A stretch of DNA of 64,000 nucleotides from Candidatus Krumholzibacteriota bacterium (GTDB lineage: Bacteria; Krumholzibacteriota; Krumholzibacteriia; JAJRXK01): NCBI GenBank assembly GCA_963727455.1, contig CAVSGG010000009.1:224001-288000 (forward strand), given 5' to 3'. The translations under genes were made by a program, and so were the position numbers. Below, piece by piece: positions 11,989-22,753 of the stretch. The notes beneath the pieces were generated by a model. It worked only from the letters and a program-made list of their open reading frames with translations. It was not told the origin of the DNA and made no database searches. How positions within the stretch are numbered: position 1 is the stretch's first letter; the number at the start of each line of letters is the position of its first letter.

Positions 11989-12693
11989 ATGGAGCAACGC
12001 GTCCGACGCCTCGAGAAATCACTGAGGCGAATGCAGTGGTTGGCCACTTCGACGGGGCTATTGGTGGTAATGCTAGTCGCGTATGGTGCGAAACAGAAGG
12101 CCGAACCCCAGGTCCTCCGGGCACGAGGCTTAGTTCTCGTAGATGATCAGGGGCGGGAGCGCATTCTGATCGGCGCACCCATACCATCGGCCAGTCATCG
12201 AGTCCGCACTGACGATGCTCGTGTAAGAGAAGCCTGGGCCGGCCGATACCCGGATCCCGACGAGTACATGAAGTACTACGCCGGGTATGATAACAGTACG
12301 AATGGGATGCTCATTCTCGATGAGAACGGCTTTGACCGGGTCGCGGTCGGCAGCCCGACCCCAGACCCAAACATCGGGCGACGCTTGGGACCCTCCACTG
12401 GCATTGTGATAAACGACGCACAAGGGTTCGAGCGATCCGGATACGGACTCCTCACGGTGAACGGATCGGACCGAGTGGTCCTTGGTCTTGATTCGAATCG
12501 AGGTACGGAAGGGTTAGTACTCTCGCTTCACGACGAGAGTGGCTACGTTGGAATGGACGTCGCCAGTGGGTCCGATCGGATCTTCGTGGGAAGTAAGAAT
12601 GGTCAGAAGCCTGACGGAGAGCCTAGCTCGGAGCTGGCGATCACACGTGGAGACAGCATCCTCTACTCGACTCAAGCGCACGGGTCCAAGTGA
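11989..12693 (+). CDS. Hypothetical membrane-anchored protein
   Basis: N-terminal coiled coil plus TM helix, then repeated (L/I)xDxxGxER beta motifs. Confidence 0.55.
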   Translation: MEQRVRRLEKSLRRMQWLATSTGLLVVMLVAYGAKQKAEPQVLRARGLVLVDDQGRERILIGAPIPSASHRVRTDDARVREAWAGRYPDPDEYMKYYAGYDNSTNGMLILDENGFDRVAVGSPTPDPNIGRRLGPSTGIVINDAQGFERSGYGLLTVNGSDRVVLGLDSNRGTEGLVLSLHDESGYVGMDVASGSDRIFVGSKNGQKPDGEPSSELAITRGDSILYSTQAHGSK

Positions 12694-12771
12694 ACGTGAC
12701 CCGCCCGCTGCGTAGAGGGAATGGCGATCGGGCCACCATCACTCTGGAGAGGCCTGTCCCTTGTCCCCACC

Positions 12772-13820
12772 CCGAGTTCAATAAGCAAGTGCAACACTTC
12801 TGGCTTAGCGACTTCCGCGCTAGAATGCGCGGATTATGTCTAAACACTACAAGCACTTGTCCGAAGAGGAGCGGGATCGTCTGGCGATCCTCAAGGGCCA
12901 GGACCTGCCGATGAGAGCGATCGCGGCTCAACTCGGTCGGTCTCCCTCGACGATCTCACGGGAGCTGCGTCGTAACGCCTCCTCCGGCAGATCAAGCGGC
13001 TATCTGCCCCATAAAGCCCAAACCGAAGCCGACCTTCGTTGGAGGCAAAGTCATCGTCGGCCGCGTCTGAAAGCCCCCTTCCTGAGGTCATATGTCCGAA
13101 TCGGTCTCAAACGAGGCTGGTCACCCGAGCAGATCGCCGGACGACTTCGATACGAAGGTCACTCGCTGACCGTCAGTCACGAAGCCATCTATCAATGGAT
13201 CTACCTCGAGGCTAGGGAGCTGATCCCTCGGCTCGCCAAGTCTCACCGCAAACGACTACCGCGCCGGTATTGCAAACACTCCCGATTCCGTATCCCCAAC
13301 AGGGTTTTCATCTCCGAACGCCCCCAGCATGTGCTTACACGGGAACAGCCAGGACACTGGGAGGTCGACACCGCCAACTCACCTCGCGGGACGGCGGCGC
13401 TCGCTGTTGCTGTCGAACGCAAGACTCGGTACATGAGGATCAAGGCCATCTCTCGAAAAACGGCTATGGCGTTCCGCAAGTCGCTGGTTGAAAGTCTCGG
13501 CAGCTATCCCGACCACATCCGAGCGACAATCACTTACGATAACGGTGCAGAGAACACATGCCATTGCTGGGTCGATCGCGCCCTGGGCACTCAGGCGTAC
13601 TTCTGTGAACCTTAGCACAGCTGGGAAAAGGGGACTGTTGAGAACAGCATCGGCTTGGTCCGACGCTACTTCCCAAAGGGAACATACTTCAACAAAGTGA
13701 CAAGGAATCAGGTAGTATCGGTCGAGAGAAGACTGAACAACAGGCCTCGTAAGTGCCTGAATTGCCAAACACCTGCGGAGGCGTTCAGACAGGCGTGTTG
13801 CACTTAGTCGTTGAATGCAG
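12772..13820 (+). mobile_element. IS30-family element, copy A (1049 bp), transposase with a premature TAG at 13613
   Basis: HTH (IAAQLGRSPSTISRELRRN), WSPEQIAGRL, GHWEVDT, TITYDNG; imperfect 26-bp inverted repeats sharing AAGTGCAACAC. Confidence 0.92.
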
Positions 13821-13834
13821 TGTAGGGACACTTC

Positions 13835-13927
13835 GTGAAGACGATTCTGGGTATTTCTGCCTTCCATCATGACAGCGCGGCGTGCCTGGTCGGCGACGGA
13901 AAACTCGTCGCCGCGGCCGCGCGCTAG
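13835..13927 (+). pseudogene. N-terminal 30-codon remnant of a NodU/CmcH-type carbamoyltransferase
   Basis: Translates as MKTILGISAFHHDSAACLVGDGKLVAAAAR*. Confidence 0.7.
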
Positions 13928-14110
13928 CGCCGGCTTTCCCAGCATCGAATTTGGTTTTTGGTCCCCTTCGGGTGTCACACTTCCCGAGGTGGAACGACCC
14001 TTTCTCTGCGAACGCCCCGATTCGTCCGCGCGCCGCGCCGTTGCGAGCATTCCCCCCGCGTTCGCATCCCATCCTGACCTGCGCCGCGCCCAGGCGAGGA
14101 GGAGGCCCCA

Positions 14111-16858
14111 ATGCCCGGATTCCGCCGTAATCTCTGTATTCCCGCCCGAGCTTTCTCGGATTCTCGGGCTCGAGGCCTGATGGTCCTTTTCCTCGTCGTG
14201 TTCGGGGTATCATGGACTTCCGGTTTGTCTGCGCGCTTGAGCGATGCGGCAGAGCCGGCTTCCAAATCACTGCCCCCGGGAACCCCCAGCGTCACGAACT
14301 CCATCGTGAAATTGCCCGGGGGGCCCAGCGTCATTACCTGCCTACCCGACGGGTCTGGACCCTCGTTGGCCGATGCCGGCGCTACCATTCAGGTACAGGT
14401 TCTCGACGACGTCAACCATCCCATTCCCTTCGTGGCAGCAAGTCGCATCACACTGAAGGCTCTACCCAACAGTGATCTCAGCTGGTGCTCTGGACCACTT
14501 ACCGCAGACGCACCCACCGACGATGCCGGGTATACCGAATTCACCATGCCACTTGCCGCCGGTGGCTATGCCCAACAGATGGAGGTTTGCATCGACGATG
14601 TCCCGATCGGCGGCAGCCTCACCCCCATTCCGATCAATCTCGAAGTGCGGTGCTTCGACCTCGACAAGGACTTGAACTTGACTCTCCTGGACTGGGTTCT
14701 CTTCGACGAGCTGGGCTCCATGGACGACCAGAGAGTGGACTATAACCAGGACGGAGTCGTGTCTCAGGTCGATACGGAGATCTTCCTGGCCCATCTCGCC
14801 CTCGATTTCGACTGTCCTTCCAACCCACCAAACATCGGTCCCGCGCAGGGAGTACTCGGCATCTATTTTGATGAGGCGGGAACGCAGACGATTGGGAACG
14901 CAGCTCCCGGATCGACTTTCGACGTATACGTCATCGCAAGAGGACTCACCGCGGGGTACCCCAAGAGAGCATTCGAGCTCGGGCTTCCCTTCCTCGACGA
15001 CCCTGCCATCGAAGTGGTCTCCACGGAGTTTGGCCCCGCTCCCGCCTACTGGAGGCCTGGGAACTCCGTGCCACCTTCTGACTTGAGTTTGGTGTGGTAC
15101 TCTGCAGTGATTTCCATCCTTCCCTATCCGGATACTGACGAGTTGATGCTCTTACATCTGAGGCTACGGCTCCGGTACACGATCGAGGGCCTCGAGCTGC
15201 GGCCGGGTGCGTACTCCCATTCCAGCTTCGGAAGCCCTGGTGTGCCAGGCTGGGTCGGCGGCGACCCGAATATCGTCAGTCATCCCTTCGTAGGCACGAC
15301 CAGCGCCACTCTCAATCCCTTTCCGGGTGAGGTCTATGCCGGCCTGGTGACCGAAGCCTTCGATGCCGCCACACTCACGAGCGTCTCGGGAGGTCTCGAG
15401 CTCGGCGGACTCGATTTTTCCATGGGCGCGATGAACATCGACCTGATGGGGGGAGGAGGATCCTCTTCCAAAGTCGGAACCGCCGGGGTGGACGGAGCCG
15501 GCATCGTCTTCGCCAACTCCATGCCCACCGCAAATCTGGTTGACGGCGCAAGCCTGAACTGGAGTTACCAGAGCCCGGGCGGTGCCTCGCTCGTCACACT
15601 TCAGTCCACCGCGTCCTCCGGCGTCATGACCCACCAGGTGGACATGAGTGCGTTGGGATCTCCCACGCTTTCGCTGAACTTCACCCAGGACGACCAAAGC
15701 GTCTTCTCGCAGAGTGGCTTCAACGGCAGCTGGCAATGCGACGAGGGACTGCCCGCCGTCCTGGGTCTCTTTACCATCGGTGAAGAACTGAATCTGCTGT
15801 GCGACTGGGGGAAGGACGTGACGGTGTCCATCGGGGGACAGGATTACGTCGGCGATCAGTTGATCCTGACCTCGGAGACGGGTGGCACCGTGCCGCGGGG
15901 TCTCTTCGGACGAATCCACCTCGCGGCCAACCACGTCCCCCCCATTCAAATCTCCTCCTTCGGGATCCAGCGCTTTGACCAGATCTACCGCGATCTGCAA
16001 AACGGCTACTACGTGAACACCAATGCGGGCCTGGAAGTCATTCGCTCGGACTGGAACAACCCGGCGTCGTTCCTGGTGGAGCGGCTCGACGGTCAACCCG
16101 TGGCACTGAATTTCCCCGGTCCCAACATGACCACCGAACCCGATGGCGCGGTGGACGTCGTGTTCCAGGGCAACAATACCGGTAGCGAGGTGAAGTGGAG
16201 CCTGCGCAATGGTCCCACTGTCCAACTCGCGACCGACTTCAGCGGCGTGGGCGCCAGCGGCTGGACGGTGCAGGGCTTGGTCGGCGGCATCAAACAGTGG
16301 GAGTACGGCGGAAGTACGCCGGAACTCGCGTCCCTCGAGAGTTGGCCTTTACGCCCGGCGATGACCGCGACTGGCGTGAGCACCGAATGGAACTCCCCTA
16401 CCGTGGTCAGCGAGCCCGGTGGCACTCCACACACCGCCGTCAGCGCGTTGCAGGTGGATGCGGTCCAACCCACGCAGCCCTTGCCCGATGGCAGCAAGGC
16501 CACGGTCAGCTTCTCGGATATGCGCGAGCTTGTCCTGACCGAGCAGCAGTTCTCGACCGCCAATCCGAGCGTGACGCGTCGAGTCAGCGGTCTTCTTGAG
16601 CCCTATCCCAATCCCTTCAATCCGTCGACCAAGATCAGAATGTACCTGGAAAACCAAGGCCACGTGCGCTTGGAGATTTTCGACGTGCGTGGACGTAGAG
16701 TCCGTCGCCTACTCGACGGACCGATGCCGGCCGGCGAATCCTACATCCGATGGGATGGGCGCGATCAGAATGGCGGCGCCCTGGCTTCGGGAATTTACTT
16801 CGCGCATCTGGTGACGAGCTCGGGAGAATTCAGCGAAAAGCTCGCGCTGGTGCGCTAA
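14111..16858 (+). CDS. Large secreted multidomain protein with dockerin-like Ca-binding repeats and a C-terminal FlgD-Ig domain
   Basis: GGAGG RBS; signal region; DLDKDLNLTLLD and DYNQDGVVSQVD repeats; PYPNPFNPST...IFDVRGRRVR...WDGRD...SGIYF tail. Confidence 0.8.
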   Translation: MPGFRRNLCIPARAFSDSRARGLMVLFLVVFGVSWTSGLSARLSDAAEPASKSLPPGTPSVTNSIVKLPGGPSVITCLPDGSGPSLADAGATIQVQVLDDVNHPIPFVAASRITLKALPNSDLSWCSGPLTADAPTDDAGYTEFTMPLAAGGYAQQMEVCIDDVPIGGSLTPIPINLEVRCFDLDKDLNLTLLDWVLFDELGSMDDQRVDYNQDGVVSQVDTEIFLAHLALDFDCPSNPPNIGPAQGVLGIYFDEAGTQTIGNAAPGSTFDVYVIARGLTAGYPKRAFELGLPFLDDPAIEVVSTEFGPAPAYWRPGNSVPPSDLSLVWYSAVISILPYPDTDELMLLHLRLRLRYTIEGLELRPGAYSHSSFGSPGVPGWVGGDPNIVSHPFVGTTSATLNPFPGEVYAGLVTEAFDAATLTSVSGGLELGGLDFSMGAMNIDLMGGGGSSSKVGTAGVDGAGIVFANSMPTANLVDGASLNWSYQSPGGASLVTLQSTASSGVMTHQVDMSALGSPTLSLNFTQDDQSVFSQSGFNGSWQCDEGLPAVLGLFTIGEELNLLCDWGKDVTVSIGGQDYVGDQLILTSETGGTVPRGLFGRIHLAANHVPPIQISSFGIQRFDQIYRDLQNGYYVNTNAGLEVIRSDWNNPASFLVERLDGQPVALNFPGPNMTTEPDGAVDVVFQGNNTGSEVKWSLRNGPTVQLATDFSGVGASGWTVQGLVGGIKQWEYGGSTPELASLESWPLRPAMTATGVSTEWNSPTVVSEPGGTPHTAVSALQVDAVQPTQPLPDGSKATVSFSDMRELVLTEQQFSTANPSVTRRVSGLLEPYPNPFNPSTKIRMYLENQGHVRLEIFDVRGRRVRRLLDGPMPAGESYIRWDGRDQNGGALASGIYFAHLVTSSGEFSEKLALVR

Positions 16859-16949
16859 ACGATGCGGAATTGACTCTCTCTCCATCATAGGACACATTTG
16901 TCTCTTATGTGAGCCCAGTGTGTTCCAGTCCTTACATGGAGAGGGTCGA

Positions 16950-17776
16950 ATGATGAGTGTTTCCAAGCGCCTTCTTCTGTGCTCTGTACTGTTCTTTGTT
17001 CTGATCGTTCCCATCTCCGCGGTCGCGGAGTCCATATGGCTTCCCCGGCCTGATCAAGGCGATGAGCTGCGCTTGGAAGCGGTTCTCCCCAACGTGGATG
17101 ATGGGAATTTCACGACCTTTTCTCTGGCCTGATCTTATCCGGCACCTTCGAGACCAAAGAGACCCTCGCCCTCAGTGTGGACGTCCCGTTCGCCCACGTC
17201 GCCAACCCAGAAGGACCCGAGTCCTCTACGGCCATCGGGAACCCCTACATTGGTCTGCGTTTGGGACCCCGTGATGCAGGAGTCATGGGTGAGATCGGTG
17301 TCCGTCTGCCCTTCGCCCCGGACAACGAAGAAGCAGCTCTGTTCGGCTTTCTCATCGATCAGGTGGACCGGCCGGAGGCCTTCCTCCCCGAAGTGGCTTC
17401 GGCGACACTGGGCCTCAATTACCGCTACCGTTCCGCGGAGGGATTTGGTGTGAGATTGCGTCTGGCACCCATCCTCTGGTTCGACTCGGGTACGACCTTG
17501 GCCGACGACTTCGAAGCTTGGGTCAGCTATAGCGTGCATGGCACCTATCGCGCGGGGCCTGCCTCCTTCGGCGCAGGTTTTGTGGGACGTTATTGGGCAT
17601 CCGATGATTCCGACGCCAATTTCGGCCAGAAGTCTGTTCATGAGTTCGATATTTTCACGAACCTCGATTACGGCCGCCTGAAGCCCAGCATTCGTATTCG
17701 CATTCCTTTGGACAAGGACCTCACGGAGATTTACGACCCCAGTGCCGTGCTGAGTTTGGGCGTCGGTTTACCCTGA
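16950..17776 (+). pseudogene. Secreted beta-barrel-like protein with a 1-bp deletion near 17130
   Basis: Restoring a G (GCC TGG ATC) joins the two ORFs into ...FSLAWILSGTFETKETLALSVDVPF... Confidence 0.6.
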
Positions 17777-17798
17777 GCGTAAAGGCAGTCTTGGTGCG

Positions 17799-20099
17799 CT
17801 AGACGCTTCTCGGGCGGCGCTTTTGGTACAGCAAGGAGATCGCAAGAACCAACACGCCCAGACCAACGAATGCCGCGATCCGGTAGCCCTGTTCCAAGCT
17901 AGTCAGATCGACCACGAAGACTTTCGCGATCGTGATGGCAAGCATCGTAATCCCCAAAAGTCGCATGGGTTTGAACTGCGCGAGGAAACCGACCGCGATC
18001 ACCGCCGCGGCGTAGAACGCCCATACCAGGGAGAGGGTCAGCAGGCTCTCGCGTTCGCTCGAAACCATCCCCGCATGCGCGCGGAACGAGAAGTGATAGA
18101 GAATCTCGGCGGAGATAATCCAAATGAGTGCGCAGAGAGCACTGAGCACCAGCGGCATTGGTAGTTTGTACTCGCCCGCGCTAACTCGGGCGCGATACCG
18201 GTGGAAGCTCCAGGCCACCCCGGCGAGGAGCACCGGCAGCACGAGCTCGATTGAGAATTGAAAGTTGAAGAACGGCCGCAGCCCCGCCTCATACGCGCGA
18301 TCGGACAGGATGTCCCACAGCAGGATCTTCGCCGTCGTCAAAGTGAGCAGCGCCACTCCCAAAAGTCGCAGCGGCCGGAAGCGAGTCAAGAGTCCGGTCG
18401 CGAGCACCGCACCCGTGGTTAGCAGCCAAAACAACGAAATCGATGCCATGCGTTGGGGCGCATACTCGAGATCTGTGCCAAGGCCATGAAGTTTCCACCA
18501 AGCAGCGATCTCGAAACTCCCCTTCCACCACAGCACCAATGCAGCGAGCAGGACCAATGGCACGATCAAGTGCTCCTCGAAGCGCGCCAACTCGAAACGT
18601 CCCCGCTGGTAGGACCACCCCGACCAGGCCAAAAGACCCGTCACCGCGAGTCCGGTGAGGAATTGCCCGTTCAAGAGGAAATGAAATGCCTCAGGGTCTC
18701 TCTGCGATATGGGAAGGTCGAAGGCGAGAACCCGCACCAGCGCCAGCACCAGGACGGTCAGTCCGGCGATACGGTGGTTGCGATCCGCGCCGAGAATTCC
18801 GTGCACCAAAAGAACGCCCGCCAGAGCCGTCCAGCCCAGAGTGATCCAGCTCAGATCGAATTGCACCGGTACGGCGAGTGCAGCCAAGGCGATCGCGGTG
18901 TAGAAGTTCATGCGGGCGCCGGCATCGCTGATGCGGGCGTTGGCGCTGGAGCGATACACGGTGAAACTCAGCAGCAGGTATGCAAATGCAAGCAAGCCCA
19001 AGGCGAGACCTTGATACCGAAGCGCATCGGGCCTGAGCACGTGGTAACAAAAAAGGCCGAAGAGCAGGCCGTTGGCGACGGTCAGGATTCCCCGTGCCAC
19101 GCTCCAAAACTCCGCCGGAGGTCCAAAGCGTCTTGGCCGAACATCCAAATTTCGACGTCCATACAGCCCGCGGAACCTCGGGCTCAGGGCGAAGATCAAC
19201 CAGGAGGCGCCGACAAACACAAAGGCAAACAAGCGGCTAGAAGTCTCGTATTCGGCGTCCATCCACAGGGCAATCAGGAGACTCGCGCCGGCGAAAGAAG
19301 CCAGGGGCAAGCCGGCCCATCCACGCCTCAATCCCACCAGGACCGCGCCCAGGTTGACTGCCACCAGATAGGGAAGCAGTGCGTTGGTGAGTCCTTCGGT
19401 GTGGGGAAAGAGAACCGGAGTCAACAGCGCGCCGGTGAGGGTCAAAGAAGCGATGGTCAAGGAGTGGCGCTCGAGGGCGAGCCAGGCGCCAGCCACCGCG
19501 ACCAAAAGGAGCATGGGCAGGACCGCCCCCAGCGGCACGAGGTGGTGAAAGCCGTAGGCCGAATAGGCGACCAGAAAGAGCAGCGCCACTCCCCCACCAA
19601 GCAGACCCAATCCGAGGAAATGCAGACTCTCGCTGCGGCTCCATGCGCGGCCGATGACACAAAAGGCGAGCGCCACCGCAAGTCCGATGATCAGCTGCGG
19701 CAGTCCGGCCAGAAAACTCGCACCCAGGTCGACGCCCAAGAAGAAGGCGGTGCCAAAAAAGAGTGCCAGCACCCCGATCCAGGTGAGCCACTGTCCTCCC
19801 AGAATCGCTTCCAGATCGAGCGGCCGGCCGCGATCCTCCTCGCCGCGGCTGCTGGGTTCCCCGCGGCCGCTGCGGGCTCTGCGCAATCTTTCGGCGAGAC
19901 CGGCGCTGCCTTTGCTCGCTACTCGAGAAGTCACCGCGACCGGAGGGGTTGAGCTCGGCGCGGTAGCCCGCGTTGTCGCTGCGAGGCCGAGCTCGGCGCG
20001 TAGACGGTCGATCCGGCGCAGGCAAACGATGCCCACGGTCAGACCGACGGGACCGGCCAGAACGGCCACGAGCACGAGGATGATGACGATTGCCTCCAC
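17799..20099 (-). CDS. DUF2339-like polytopic membrane protein
   Basis: LEAILGGQWLTWIGVLALFFG and C-terminal KVFVVDLTSLEQGYRIAAFVGLG; many TM helices. Confidence 0.8.
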   Translation of the reverse strand: MEAIVIILVLVAVLAGPVGLTVGIVCLRRIDRLRAELGLAATTRATAPSSTPPVAVTSRVASKGSAGLAERLRRARSGRGEPSSRGEEDRGRPLDLEAILGGQWLTWIGVLALFFGTAFFLGVDLGASFLAGLPQLIIGLAVALAFCVIGRAWSRSESLHFLGLGLLGGGVALLFLVAYSAYGFHHLVPLGAVLPMLLLVAVAGAWLALERHSLTIASLTLTGALLTPVLFPHTEGLTNALLPYLVAVNLGAVLVGLRRGWAGLPLASFAGASLLIALWMDAEYETSSRLFAFVFVGASWLIFALSPRFRGLYGRRNLDVRPRRFGPPAEFWSVARGILTVANGLLFGLFCYHVLRPDALRYQGLALGLLAFAYLLLSFTVYRSSANARISDAGARMNFYTAIALAALAVPVQFDLSWITLGWTALAGVLLVHGILGADRNHRIAGLTVLVLALVRVLAFDLPISQRDPEAFHFLLNGQFLTGLAVTGLLAWSGWSYQRGRFELARFEEHLIVPLVLLAALVLWWKGSFEIAAWWKLHGLGTDLEYAPQRMASISLFWLLTTGAVLATGLLTRFRPLRLLGVALLTLTTAKILLWDILSDRAYEAGLRPFFNFQFSIELVLPVLLAGVAWSFHRYRARVSAGEYKLPMPLVLSALCALIWIISAEILYHFSFRAHAGMVSSERESLLTLSLVWAFYAAAVIAVGFLAQFKPMRLLGITMLAITIAKVFVVDLTSLEQGYRIAAFVGLGVLVLAISLLYQKRRPRSV

Positions 20100-20112
20100 G
20101 GGAATCCCTCCT

Positions 20113-20595
20113 CTACGAGCTGAGCCCGTCCTCCACCTTCACCAGTCCGAGACGAAGTTTGCGGGTCAGTCGAATCAGGGTTTGGCACTCGCTCTTGCTG
20201 AGTTCCTGCATGGCTTCGCCCACCATTTCGTGATAGGCGGGATCAATGGCATCGATTTGCGTGCGGCCGGCCGCGGTCAGAACCACGTGATAGCGGCGCC
20301 GGTCCTCGGGATCGACTTCGCGGCGGATGAGACCTTCTGTTTCGAGCCGGTCGATGAGAGGAGTGACATTCGATTTGTCGACGAGCAGGCGCTCACTCAA
20401 GTCACTCTGGCTCAGATCGGTCATGGCATGACGCAAAACGAGCAGCAGGTTGAACTCCGCCTCGGAGATCTTGGAGCGGCGAAAGAAGCGACGAGCCATT
20501 CGTTTCATCAAGGTCCCCGTCCACCAGACGTTCACCAGGGCCTCGTGATCGGTGTAGCGAAAGACCTGGGGGATGTCGACCCGCGCGTCGCCCAT
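20113..20595 (-). CDS. MarR-family regulator
   Basis: LSQSDLSERLLVDKSNVTPLIDRLETEGLIRREVDPEDRR...LTAAG. Confidence 0.9.
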   Translation of the reverse strand: MGDARVDIPQVFRYTDHEALVNVWWTGTLMKRMARRFFRRSKISEAEFNLLLVLRHAMTDLSQSDLSERLLVDKSNVTPLIDRLETEGLIRREVDPEDRRRYHVVLTAAGRTQIDAIDPAYHEMVGEAMQELSKSECQTLIRLTRKLRLGLVKVEDGLSS

Positions 20596-20604
20596 GGAGC
20601 ACTC

Positions 20605-20655
20605 CTTTAATTGAGTTAAATATAGTTTCGTTTATAATTATTATAATATCAACTA
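20605..20655 (-). promoter_or_regulatory. AT-rich marR promoter/operator region
   Basis: Very AT-rich stretch with near-palindrome TATAATTATTATA just upstream of marR; abuts remnant 2. Confidence 0.45.
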
Positions 20656-20656
20656 T

Positions 20657-21541
20657 TGCTGCAAGAGCTCCGGCGCGCGAAGCGCCTGCGCGAGGAGACC
20701 GAGGCCATGCTCTTGTCATGGCAGCACTCGGGCTTTGGGGTCCATGCCGGCGAGCCGGTGCTGCCCGATCACACCGAGCGCCAGGAGCATCTCGCGCGAT
20801 ACATCACCCGCGCGCCAATCCGGCTCGACGCGATCACCCCGCTCGACGCCAAGCAGGTTCGGGTTCGGACACCGATCCATCCCAGCACCGGCCAACGTGA
20901 TCTCGAACTCGATGTTCTGGAGATGATCCGCCGTCTGTGCGCCCAGATCCCCGCGCCACGGCAGCATTTGGTCAGATACTACGGCTGGTACTCGCACCGG
21001 GCCCGAGGGGCAAGAGCCAACCCCCAGGACGCGACGATCGCCAGGGCACCGTCCACTGCGCGCAGCCGCAGCTGGGCACGCCTGCTGCGCAGGATCTTCG
21101 AGCTGGACCCCATGCTCTGCCCGCAGTGCGGGGGAACCATGAAGATCGTGTCGGTGATCGACGAAGCAGCGGTGGTGGACCGGATTCTCAGACACCTGGT
21201 ACGGATCGGCGGCAACGACCCGCACGAGGGGACGGCGCAACGAGCTCCGCCAAGAGCATGAACCCCTACCAGTACCCTCAGCCTCCCGACGAACGCGCAA
21301 GGGCACGAGCGTCGGGGGTACGGTGTGCCCAAGGATAGGTGGAAGCCGCTCAGGTGGGCGCATGTCGGGCGAACAGAGTTGCGGTAGGGTGAGTCGGGGA
21401 TCGACAATCAATCCTCATCGTGATCATCGCACCGAGAACACAGCGCAAAGAGCACCCGTTCTGAAGTTCGGTGCTCGCTTTTCAGCTAAAGCGCCGTATA
21501 CAATCCACTATCCGTAAAGCGCCGTATACAATCCACTATCC
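20657..21541 (+). mobile_element. IS91/ISCR-like remnant 2 with a tandemly duplicated oriIS-like end
   Basis: HSGFGVH...LARYITRAP...VRYYGWYS...CPQCGG; ends in (AAAGCGCCGTATACAATCCACTATCCGT)x2 followed by TC. Confidence 0.9.
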
Positions 21542-21640
21542 GTTCCAGGAGGAATCAGCTAGCTGGCAAATCGTGTGGATTGATTGGAACATCAGAAGGG
21601 TGGATCTAGATTCGAACCATCTGACCCATCGGGGGATGTA

Positions 21641-22753
21641 ATGAGTAGAGTGAAGATTTCTATATTCTTGGTGATTCTACTGCTTTCCGCTCGAGCGCAG
21701 GCCAGCGGAGTGGTGCTGGGAGTATGTGTGTTCCCAGACAGCTTGCCAATGGACACTCCAATGTACTCAGAACTTTCAGTGACCCCCTGGGTGCCGACAG
21801 ACCTATATGTCTGCGCATATGGATGGGGCGATTCGCTCTTGATTACGGGCTGGGAAGGAAAATTGGAGGGTCCTGCATCACATGATTCAACATTGTACAG
21901 AGGCGCTACGACTCTCTATCCTGCTAGTGCATTGAACTATGGAGATGACTCGATCTTTCGAGTTGGGCTCGGAGAATGTGTGGCTGCTCCGCCTGAATCC
22001 GTCATCGTCCTTGCAAAGGTTTCTTACATACCTTCTGCTGAATTCAATGCAGGAGCATTTACCTTACGAGGATTGGGTGGTCTCTGTAGTTGCCGCGTAA
22101 CGCTTCGTTCAGGCGAGCTGATATCCGCAACATCCTCCTATTCTGCTATTTTCAAGAACATTAATGTCTATGGAAACGATCCATATCCGAGGCCAGACCC
22201 CCCCTTACCCCATCCGCCTTTTCCTAATCGGGTTCAACCGGTTATTGCTGCGATTGGGGTAGTGACGGATTTCCGCACACCGTTCAAGGCCGACTGTTGG
22301 TCCTATAGCATTGTTGATGTAACTATCGAACAGTCAATCGTGGGGAACGCATCCGGCACGCAATCATTCTTGAGTCTAGGAGCCATAATCCCTCAAGAGG
22401 GAGCAGCGACATCGATGGTAGAGGGGTTTCCGAAATATGATTATCAGTATTTCAAACCTGGGGATCGTATTATTTTCGCTGCCGCGACCTTTGAAGAAGG
22501 TAGACGAAGGATCACGTATGATCCATTTCCGGTTCCCTACCGCATTCGTTGGGCCGAGATTCTGCTGCAGTCCGCAGACAATGAAACTCAATTGACCTAT
22601 GAGCAAAGCGAGATCGTGCCGACATATCCTCCCCCAAGCGGTTCAACTGTGAATGGAAAATACAATGCGTCATACATAGAGCGAACTCTGATTGACTCTG
22701 GAGCTTCTCTCGAAGATCGCATTACCGAGCTACTCCAGTATTACGGGGGTTGA
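21641..22753 (+). CDS. Secreted hypothetical protein (lower GC)
   Basis: Signal peptide MSRVKISIFLVILLLSARAQA; N-terminal domain resembles those in 14111 and 36948. Confidence 0.65.
   Translation: MSRVKISIFLVILLLSARAQASGVVLGVCVFPDSLPMDTPMYSELSVTPWVPTDLYVCAYGWGDSLLITGWEGKLEGPASHDSTLYRGATTLYPASALNYGDDSIFRVGLGECVAAPPESVIVLAKVSYIPSAEFNAGAFTLRGLGGLCSCRVTLRSGELISATSSYSAIFKNINVYGNDPYPRPDPPLPHPPFPNRVQPVIAAIGVVTDFRTPFKADCWSYSIVDVTIEQSIVGNASGTQSFLSLGAIIPQEGAATSMVEGFPKYDYQYFKPGDRIIFAAATFEEGRRRITYDPFPVPYRIRWAEILLQSADNETQLTYEQSEIVPTYPPPSGSTVNGKYNASYIERTLIDSGASLEDRITELLQYYGG

Noticed and set aside
10165-12700. CCCTAAC or GTGAAC(C)GTG after stop codons (10168, 10184, 11738, 12690) and a CTCGCAG/CTGCGAG inverted repeat at 11753-11806 as attC sites
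   Set aside because: No complete R''-L''-L'-R' architecture could be built. They may be degenerate, but the evidence is insufficient.
21475-21513. Outward promoter in the oriIS-like end (TACAAT)
   Set aside because: A -10-like hexamer is present but there is no credible -35 at 16-18 bp, and downstream cargo occurs in both orientations.
21488-21543. 28-bp direct repeat as a CRISPR array
   Set aside because: The copies abut with no spacer, other copies are kilobases apart, and there are no cas genes. It is the element terminus.
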